Shown here: positions 25,901-36,600 of the stretch, piece by piece | How positions within the stretch are numbered: the first letter of the stretch is position 1 | Layout of the letters: every line of letters begins with the position of its first letter | Origin: Dendrobates tinctorius | Taxonomy: Eukaryota | DNA length: 64,000 nucleotides | NCBI RefSeq assembly: GCF_039654945.1 | Contig: NW_027361725.1 | Span: 8,742,001 to 8,806,000 of the forward strand | Direction of reading: 5' to 3' | Program-made: the position numbers and the translations under genes | Notes under the pieces: model-generated | The model's input: the letters and a program-made list of their open reading frames with translations, nothing else | The model's database searches: none | Told to the model about the DNA's origin: nothing

Positions 25901-27627
25901 TGTGTTTTTAGGCAAGACTGAGAGAGAGCCCATTCCCTTGGCTGAGAAGCAACCCCACACATGAATGGTTTCAGGATGCTTGACAGTTGGCATGAGACAA
26001 GACTGGTGGTAGCGCTCACCGGGTCTTCTCCAAATAAGCCGTTTTCCAGATGTCCCAAACAATTGAAAAGGGGATTCATCAGAGAAAATGACTTTACCCC
26101 AGTCCTCAGCAGTCCACTCCCTGTACCTCTTGCAGAATATCCGTCTGTCCATGATGTTTTTTCTGGAGAGAAGTGGCTTCTTTGCTGCCCTCCTTGAGAC
26201 CAGGCCTTGCTCCAAGAGTCTCCGCCTCACAGTGCGTGCAGATGCACTCACACCTGCCTGCTGCCATTCCTGAGCAAGCTCTGCACTGCTGGTAGTCCGA
26301 TCCCGCAGCTGAAACACTTTTAAGAGACGGTCCTGGCGCTTGCTGGTCTTTCATGGGCGCCCTGGAGCCTTTTTGGCAACAAGGGAACCTCTCTCCTTGA
26401 AGTTCTTGATGATGCGATAGATTGTTGACTGAGGTGCAATCTTTCTAGCTGCGATACTCTTCCCTGTTAGGCCATTTTTGTGCAGTGCAATGATGACTGC
26501 ATGTGTTTCTTTAGAGATAACCATGGTTAACAGAAGAGAAACAATGATGCCAAGCACCAGCCTCCTTTTAAAGTGTCCAGTGGTGTCATTCTTACTTAAT
26601 CATGACAGATTGATCTCCAGCCCTGTCCTCCTCAACACCCACACCTGTGTTAATGGAGCAATCACTGAAACGATGTTAGCTGGTCCTTTTAAGGCAATGA
26701 TGTTGAAATGTGTTTTGGGGGATAAAGTTCATTTTCTAGGCAAATATTGACTTTGCAAGTAATTGCTGTTAAGCTGATCACTCTTTATAACATTCTGGAG
26801 TGTATGCAAATTGCCATTAGAAAAAATGAAGCAGTAGACTTTGTAAAAATTAATATGTGTCATTCTCAAAACTTTTGGCCATGACTGTACACCCTCTCGC
26901 TGGCTGAGATTTCTACAGTTCGGTGAAAAAAGCAGTAGGAGCATAAACAGTCAACAATAACCATAATTATGTCAAAACCTAAGAATGCTACAGTGAGCCA
27001 ATAGGCTAAACAGGGTGGGTGCTGTGTCCCCCAATTATTGGCTTGGAGAAAAGAATTTTACGGTGAGTACACAAAAATCCCTATTTTTTTTTCACCACTC
27101 AAATAACAAAAAAAAAAGACATATTTGGTGTCAATGAACTCGTAATGACCTGGAGAATCCTAGTGGCAGGTGAGTTTTAGCATTTGATGAACATGGTAAA
27201 AAAAAAACAATTGTGGAATCGCACTTTTTTTGCAATTTCACCGCACTTGGAATTTTTTTCCCCGTTTTTGAGTACACTGTATGGTAAAACCAACTTGTCC
27301 TACAAAAAACAAGCCCTCACATGGCCATGTTGGCCGAAAAATAAAAAAGTTATGGCTCTGGGAAGAAGGGAAGCGAAAAGCGGGAACGCAAAAACAAAAA
27401 AGGGGTACGTCATAAAGTAATGGTGTATCCTAATAATATTAGATGGAAGATCCCTATAAATTGTCTGGACTTCATTATGCTTCTTATTTTATTTGTTATT
27501 GTATTGATGAGTATTTATTCTAAGTATTAGCAACCTTTATATTCTATTGATAGGGCAAATATTTCCTGGAGGATCCCACTGGAACAGTTCAGCTTGATCT
27601 CGGCAAAGCAATATCCTTTCTTCATCC

Positions 27628-27691
<64 letters not shown>

Positions 27692-30600
27692 CGAGGAATA
27701 GGCCCGAAGCTATTGAATCGGGAGTGCGGTGAAATGCACATCTGTGTATCCTTGGTGGTGCTAACATGAGCAGTCTACATGTGTCACACCATTTGCGCTT
27801 TCCAACATACCTGTTCTGTGTCATCCTTCCCCATTTGTGTATTGTATTTGTTGCATCATTTGACTTGACTTGAGAGCGGCAATATCGCTAATAGCTGATA
27901 AATCGGCAACCCGATGGCGGACGACCAATCACATCAGCTGCTAGCGGTATTCAAATTTGGTGCCAATACTGCTAGCAGCTGATTGGTCGCCCGTTTTGGC
28001 GGCTGAGCTAAAGAGTGGCGCGGGATTCAAATCCTCCGCCAAAGCTGTGCAGCACCGCTCATTGGCGGCTCAGCCAATGAGCGGCGCGGGATTCAAATCC
28101 CCCGCCCTGCCGGCTGAGCCAATGAGCGGTGCCGCGTGGGATTTGAATCCCCTGCCAGAGCCGCACAGCCAGGGGTGACTCAGCCAATGAGCAGAGCCGT
28201 GCGCCTTGGCAGGGAATTTGAATCTCGCGCCGCTCATTGGCTGAGCCGGCGGTCGGCTCAGCCAATGAGCGTGCGGGGGATTTGAATCCTGCACGGCACC
28301 ACTCATCGGCTCAGCCGGCAGGCGGCTCAGCCAATGAGCGGTGCACGCGCGGCTTGGCGGTGGATATGAATCCCGGCCGCCATATCGGAATAGCCATAAC
28401 TTGGGTGTTCCAAAATGGCGGTCGGCGTACCTCCGATCGCGGTGCATTGTGGAAGCGACACAAGCGCCGGAAGTGCATGACAGAGTTTATTGGTAATTAT
28501 ATATTAGATATATCACTTGTTTTGCATTTTTCTTTTCACTTTGAATATTTCATGAAATATTTCTTTAATATCATTGCACCAGTTCCACAGCGGCTTGTAC
28601 ACGGAATCCTGCTTTGTTCTTGCAGAAGGTGATATTGCAGTTGACGATTTATCTTCATTGCTCTATAGGGTGGTAGTAATATAGTAGTATAAGGTGTATT
28701 GTGCATTTTACGCAGGCTGGTATGAAGACAAAGTATTTCATGTAAATGCCTTTGGATTTCCTCCCACTGAACCTTCCAGCACAACACGGTAACGATGCTT
28801 GTCTTATTAGTTTTGACATCAGATTGACCTTTCCCATTGTTTTCAGTTCAGTGTTATCATAGATTACATATTAATTTGTACATTGACTCTCCAGTTTATC
28901 ATCATTGAATTATGATCATATTGGATTCCAGACTTATGAGAAAAGTATCGCAAAGCTTTTCAGGTCTAAATGAAAACCTTTTTTGCTCTTCCTTGTTTTT
29001 AAGTTCATATTACGGTAATACTAATTTCTTTGGTGGACCATCCGCAACATCAGTAAAATCTTCAGTCAAGCTGAAACAGCTGGAAGAAGAGAATGAGGAT
29101 GCCATGTTCGTGTTTTTGTCTGATCTCTGGTTAGATCAGGTCGAAGTGCTAGAGAAACTTCATGTAATGTTTTCAGGTATTTTTAAATATCACTTACATT
29201 ATAGGGGTTAGATAAAACGTGGCTACTATTGTCTGGTATTGCGCTGTAATTCAATATCTAAACTTTGGATGGATGGGTGTGGTGCTAGTTCTTGAAGAAA
29301 GCAGCTGCAGTTAATTTTTTTATTTTCTTTGGACAGCTACCTATGGAAATGGATCTGTCATTTTAGACTCTCTTGCTGGTTTAGTGTGGAGCATGGCCAT
29401 CAAGTTCTTCACTCCCTGTAACTCTTTTATTTCCTCCTTTAAAACATAGAAGGGCACTCTCCAACATTGGGATGGCAGCCTATTTGGACGCTGGGAGCAA
29501 GTTTGGGCTTTTCCTTCACTTTGATGTTTTGAGGCATCCTATTATCTACCCATCTACTGTAGTCCATTGGAATAGGTTTATTTGGGGGTCCATCTCTTTT
29601 CTTAGAGAGCTTTTGTTGGACTGCATCCTAGTGCACTGTTTTTTTTTCTTTTGGTGGAAAAATCAGAACTTCAGATTTTCAATAAAAAAATGCATAATCT
29701 CATTAAAATTACACTAAAAAGTACATATACATGCATCAGTTATCAGGGAGCATCCAGGAATAGTTGGGTTTCCTAGAGGGGATAGTGAAGCGAAGGTCAC
29801 ATTATAAGCTGATGACACTTTGTTATTTCTGACTAAAACTCCTGAGTCCCTTCCTACAGCAGTGGAAACGATAGAAACATTTGAAAAATACTCTGGTCTG
29901 AAGATAAATTGGAGCAAATCAGTTATACTTCCCTTAAATAATATAGATGTGAATGCTTCCCACTACATTAACTCGAGCTTACAAGTGGTATCGGAGTTTA
30001 AATATTTAAGCATCAATATATCGGCAAAAATAAATTATGAGAACGTGAATCTTGATCCAGTCTAAATTAAATTTAGAGGTAAACTAGGCGCCTGGTCTAA
30101 GTTACGGTTGTCGGTTGTGGGCCATGCTAACCTGGTCAGAATGATCTGGATGTCACAATTGCTGTATGTTCTACACAACTCCCCAGTATGGATAAATCAG
30201 AGGTTTTTCTTTTAAGTCGGACAAGAGTGTAGAAAATTAATATGGGGCAAACAAACTCCGAGAATTAAACTGGAAACATTGCAAAGGAGCAAAACAACAG
30301 GAGGGCTTGCGGTCCCGAACCCATGGGTATATTATGTGGCATCTCAGCTTCAACATATTCGGGGATGGGACGATGTCTTAGCATTCTCTTAAGGGCCTGT
30401 CACACTAAGAGAGATCGCTAGCAATATCGCTATAACTAGTGACGTTATAGCGATATTGCTAGCGATATCGCTATGTCTGATACTTACCTACGACCCGCTC
30501 CCCCGCTGGTTATCGCTGATCTCGCGAGAATGTCCAGGACTGTTTCTCGTCGTCAGCTTCCTGCGGTGCTTCCTGCTGTGACGACGAGCGACGCGTGGAG

Positions 30601-33600
30601 CCGTGCGGGAGGACGCAGAATCGCCTGGTGTGACAGGTAAGTAGCGATCCCCATCCCCAGCGATGTCGCTGGTGAGATCTGCCTATGTGGCAGCTCACTA
30701 GCGACCATTAGCGATGCACCAGCGATCCTGACCGCGTCATATCGCTGGTCGGGATCGCTGGTACATCGCTAAGTGTGACAGTACCCTTAGACATTATATT
30801 GACAAACCAGCCGATGCGATCAAAAGAGAAATGGGAGAGTGTAATGGGACCCATAGAGGAAAATGACTGGTCAAATATACTGGAAAGAGTTCTGCAGCTG
30901 TCTTTAAGTGAATCCCATAAACTATCCCATTTATATGTGATTCACCAGGTATACAGGACACCTCAATTCTTATTTAACATAGGATTTCGTTCAAGTCCCC
31001 ACTGTCCTAGATGCAAAACTAACATAGCAGATATGCTTCATATGATGTGGAACTATCCTAACTTGGTGTCCTTTTGGAAGAGTGTTGTAGCAATGATTAA
31101 CAGAGTTTTTCAATTGACCTAGGGCTTTCCCCATTAGAATGAATATTGGGATATGTTGAAGATCTGTCTATTGATGAGTATGGCAAAATCGCGGTGGCAC
31201 GCATGTTAATATATGGCAAGAAAATTGATAGGCTCCTGATCTGCTATCCATTTTTGGGCTATGATATCAAAATTTATTGCTAAAGTTAACTGGCTAGTAA
31301 ATTTGGAAAAAGGTATATGCCTAAAAAGAGATACTCTCTCTAAATTTGACAAGATATGGGGTCTATGGATTGGTGGCTCTGGTTTGACATCTAGGGAACT
31401 AAGGAGATTTCTCCTCGGCTTGTTTTGAGTTATGTTAATATGATGCCTCAAATTAAACTTCTTTGAAAATTAGTTAAAATGTTATTAGTACTTCCACAAG
31501 CTGTATGTAATTGGGTTGACTACTTTTACTATGTTCCAATATTTATTCATCTAACTACGCTGGTTTTGCCGAGCCAAGATGTATAAATAACTCATGTTTA
31601 ATGCTTCTTAAGGTTGGGGGGTGGAGAACTGAACTGTGTTTCTCCAATGTTTGTCTCGTTGTTGTTGTTTTTCCTTTGTGTAAATCTTTATAGAAATCAA
31701 TAAAAAAAAGGATATACGGTATACATGATACTTTGAGCTGTAGCTTACAGTCCACATGAATGAAGCTGTTGTGCTAAATTTCTATATGTAGCCCATCTAA
31801 GCGCTGCAATTTACAAATCATTCCTAATAGACACCTTAACCTATAAAAAGTCTCTATAAATAAAATATTTTATTTTTATTCTATTCTCCCCATTGGACAA
31901 TTATTTTTGAGGGTTTCTAATAGGAACCTTGTCTGCAGAAGTTATAATAATAAATGTGTAGCACTTCCCAGCACCTTCCAAAGCTAAAGTAATAAAGAAC
32001 ATTTTTATTTTTTAGGCTACTCAACAGCTCCTCCAACTTGCTTTATCTTCTGTGGCAACTTCTCTTCAGCACCGTATGGGAAAAATCAAAATCGGTCACT
32101 GAAAGGTACAGTTATGGGCATGAGAACACAAAATTACAGGCATAAAAGATCTCACACACATCATGTAGTTCTGCAGTTGTCCTGCTGCTACATTGATTGT
32201 CATGTCTGATAGATGTGCTTTGTATCAATGGATCCCATATCTATTTTTATAATAAGACACTGTAGTGGCGTGAGAACTGACATACTGACCATGATTGCTT
32301 GGCTCTGTGATGAGTCCTAAAAGTTAGTGCACAAGCACTTGGCCATGGAAATTAAATGAAGTATTCCAGAATTATGGCTAAGATCATAAACATAATGAGA
32401 AGAGAATAGTGTTTGATAGGACCTCTTGTAGCCGATGCTGTGGAGTCTGAATCAGGGAAATTAAGGTTTGGCTTACCGACTCCACAGCCCTGCTTGTAGC
32501 CATGTTAGGCTACTTCTCCACGGTCAGTAATCGGCAGCGCTTTGAACACAGCACATGTCTGCTGCATCCCAAGCGCTGCCGGCTTTTGAACATAAGTGAT
32601 TCCGCATGTAATCATTGAACCGAGCGGAATCATCGCATCTAATACATTGGACGGGTGACATTTATCTTGCGGAGACTAGCATCTCCGCAAGATAAATAGA
32701 CCTGCTGCGGTGTGGAAAGACGCACCTCATGTCTGTCTCTGCAGGAAACTCCGCGGGTGTCGGAGCACGCATAGTGGACGTGAGATTTCTTGAAATCCCA
32801 TCCACTATGCTGTACCATTTGGATGCTTCAGGTTGGATGCTGCGGATGTACACAGCGTCCAACCTGCAGCGTTTATGGACCATGGAAATGTACCCTAATG
32901 ATTATTTTTAGCCATGATTGTTATTTCCTCTGAATATCTCCTTCTGAAATTTAGAGTCTTTGAAGAATCTGGCAGACGTGATATGTGAATATCCAAGTAT
33001 ACACAAAAGGTAAGGATGCCATGTTTGCATCATACTTGCTGTGCAGTTTTCTTCAGCTTATTCTACCACTATGAGTGCACTTGAAGGGGTATTCCCACAT
33101 TGTAAAGTAAATAATACAACGTTATTCCATCAGCTAATGATTGGTGATGGTCCGATATTTGGGACTGCTGCCGATCCTGAGATTGATAAAGGACTCTGCA
33201 CTGATGTAACACTGTATCCCTTCTTTAAAAGATAAACTTAATGAGCTCCAGATAGTATAACAAATAATAAAGAAATAACTTCCCAGACTGGCACTGCTCT
33301 TTGCTAGTAAGTACTGTGTCCCCCACCAGTCTGTTATCAACATCTGGTCTAAGGGCCCCGTCACACATAGCGACTCACCAGCGATCCCGACAACGATATC
33401 AACTTGTCAGGATCGCTGGTGTGTCGCTACATGATCGCTGGTGAGCTGTCAAACAGGCAGCTTCACCAGCGTCGCCGAGCGTGCGGCGTCGCTGTGTACG
33501 TTAGTTACCAGCGCGTTGATACAGGGAGCTGGTAACTAAGCTACACATCAGATTTCTAAGCGGCGCGTGTCACTTAGAAGCCCGATGTGTACCTTGGTTA

Positions 33601-36600
33601 CCAGCTCCCTGCATCAGCGCGCTGGTAACTAAGGTACTCATCGGGTTTCTAAGCACCGCGCACTGCTTAGAAACCCTGCGTTTACCTTAGTTACCAGCGC
33701 GCTGATCGCTGGTCTCCCGCCTGTCACTCGCAGCGATGCATGCTGGCCAGCGGAAGACCAGCGATCAAAAAAATGTCCTGGCTATTCCAGGACGATCAGC
33801 GATAACCGGCAGGGGGGGACCGGTTGCTGGTCAGTGTCACACACAGCGATCTCGCTGGTGAGATCGCTGTTGCATCACAAAACTTGTGACTCAGCAGTCA
33901 CGGGGGGCTTAAGACGGGGGCTTAAGACGCAAAGGTGAATGAGTAGTCCGATGATCAGTTGCAGCAGTCACATTTCATCATATCTGAAACATCTCTTCTC
34001 GTTTGACTGCAGCGGTCACGTGTTGATACAGGAAGACTTGTAAAGGAAAAATCAATACTATCTTCAGACTGTCGCTGCTCCTCAGCACCTGCAACTTTGA
34101 TCCCTACACCACACTCGGATCTTTTAGGTTTAACTTTTAAACTATGGTAGATAAAGAAAATGGGTGCCGCTGTGGTACCCTACACATTGCTGGTGGCAGG
34201 GAGTGGTGCTATGCAGAGATAATTTTAAAAGATATGAAACGCTACCCCAGGGCTGCATACTTGTCATTCTTTGTATTGGTGGTAAGCCACAGAGATCAGA
34301 CTCCCACTGATCATAAAGTGATCACGTATCCTAGCGATCTGGCATCACTGTATAATATGATAACGCACCTTTGAAGGCTATTATATCAAAAGTATGATCC
34401 AAAAAATGTCATGTGCCAGACATATATAAAAATCCTGGCTGTATCATCAACTTCTTAGCAATGTGAGAAAAGTGAACAGAAAAAGGACAACGTGCTTCAG
34501 AAAGACCACTTATAGGCAAGCTGTACCCTTCTTTTTTTCACATGTGATATATTTGTATATCTTCTATTGCCATTTATTACTGGCAAAGTGTGTTTAAAGG
34601 TGTCTTTAGCCATTAGTGTCCCTCACATCTGAGACAATTGTTTTATATTTTAAATTGTTCATTTACATCTATTGTATATTTAATAAAAATGGCAATTTAT
34701 TAATTCTTGATAAAAATATCCCCAATATTTGTGCTTTTTCTGTTCACTTTTCTCACATTGTTTAAAGGTTGGTGGTATAGACAGGATTTATATGCGCCTT
34801 TTAAAAACATTCAGAAATGTGTGCCTTCTATGAAGTCTCTTTTAATTGCTTGTCTGGCTTCACGTTACCCAGCAGTCGGTTTGTGTTTGTACCCGGTCCC
34901 GAAGACCCCGGCCCTGGTTTCATCCTACCCAGGTATAATTGCACTTTAATAGTGTTTACGACTTAGCTTCTTTGTATCCATTCTGTTATGTGTAATTCTG
35001 ATACATATTATTTTTGTTGAATTTGAATACTTTCTTCCTTTTCAGACCTCCTATCGCAGAACACATTACAGCAGACTTCAGACAACGCGTGCCTTTCTCT
35101 ATTTTCACTACAAACCCCTGCAGGTGAAGTTTACGTCTCACGTAACCAAGGGATAATTTTTTTTTTTAGAAAAAATAAGTCCAGTGCTGTAAGTCCATAA
35201 AATTCATAGGATTTTATGGACTTACAGCACTGGACTTATTTTTTCTAAGTTCTGAAAACTTGCCGCACAGCAGGATCCGCGCTCTCCAGAAGATGGTGAG
35301 CAGACACTAAACTTTTTTGTATCATTTTATTTTTCTCATTTTTTTTTAAATTGTATTTCCTAATGTCACAAAGAAGTAACTACACAACCCGACCCACATA
35401 CTAGCCAACTTAGAAAATAAGCGCAAATTTTTCTAATGTGTTCCTTTTGGACTGCACTGCCGCTGTTTTCTGTCTTTTTGATACATAATGACAAATATCA
35501 TAATACATTATATTAATTTAGGCTCTGTTCTCATGGTCAGGATTTAATCAGGATTTTTGCACTGGGAAAAATCCATCCTTAATGGGTGGTCCACAGTCAG
35601 TTAACCCCATTGAATGTTACTTGTTTCCATATCTTCGCTGTACATCTCCAGGCTGTGTTCAGACTAATGTACTTTTAGTCATCATGCTTTACCTACATCA
35701 GGCAGCACACGGTCCAGCGTCCACCATTGTGTCAGCCACATGAGTGATTTTGGCTCCACATGGGAGTAAATGACAGTATGCACCAACCGCTTGTTTTTCA
35801 GGACGAGATGGTGCTAGTTTCAGTAGCATGTAGCTTATGCACCCATCCATGATATGACCAAGCACATGGTGCTGTGTCAGGGTACAGTCACATACACAAT
35901 TTGAGGAAATTACTGGTTTGTGAATTGCAACGTTCATCAACTTCTCAATGTGTAAAAAGGCAAAATAAAGAAGTGAATGTGGTGTAATTAATGTGACTTC
36001 TTTCCATTCTCAGAATCCAGTACTGCACACAGGAAATAGTTGTGTTTCGCGAGGATCTGGTGAACAAAATGTGCAGGAACTGTGTGCGCTTCCCTAGCAG
36101 CAGTTTGGATATTCCTAATCACGTGAGTGAAAGTCACAGACACAAACGGATAAGAACCGTTCGCGGGCTGCTATCTCTCTCGACTTCCCCATACACAGGA
36201 GAGGTTGGCCAGCATTGCCTTATTCTCTGAGAGATTGGGGGGGGGGGATCAGCCGTTGGAAATCCAATATACTGAAACGCGCTCTCCTGACATCATCTGT
36301 CTGGGAATAGAGTTAAGTGGCATTTACATTGCAGGATAATTGCGATTCAGCATTGTTAAAAATGCCCATGTCACTATTTTGTTGCTTTGTAAACAGGCTG
36401 CTGATAACCCGATAAATGAGAGAAACCCGCTTCTTCATTGGGTGAAATTATCTTTTCTACAGATTATTGTACTCGATGGTGCATTGTCCAGTGTAAAAAT
36501 GACTCTCACCGTTAGAACGAATGGCATCTTATGCCCACTGAGCAGGCTCGTATAGATCGCTCGGTGTGCATAATTTGCCTGGTTCTACCTGTGTAAACAG

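Larger units (their letters stand above)
15929..27086 (+). mobile_element. Full-length DIRS1-like tyrosine-recombinase retrotransposon (defective, four nested insertions)
   Basis: TTT termini and no TSD; gag-like ORF about 16942-18810; RT ([22 protein letters not shown]), RNase H (TTDAS), methyltransferase-like ([15 protein letters not shown]), tyrosine recombinase ([18 protein letters not shown]); internal complementary region 25136-25235. Confidence 0.93.
14327..27420. mobile_element. TTAA-CCCC (piggyBac-like) non-autonomous element hosting nested insertions; right end degenerate
   Basis: TTAA|CCCCTTTACGACATG start; sequence resumes after the solo LTR and DIRS; internal similarity to 57424-61297. 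Confidence 0.55.
27611..28579 (+). other. POLE2: U12-type (minor spliceosome) AT-AC intron 8 of POLE2
   Basis: 5' site ATATCCTTTC, branch-like TTCTTTAAT at 28561-28569, 3' AC at 28578-28579; splicing restores ...LGKA|QFHSGLYTE. Confidence 0.92.
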
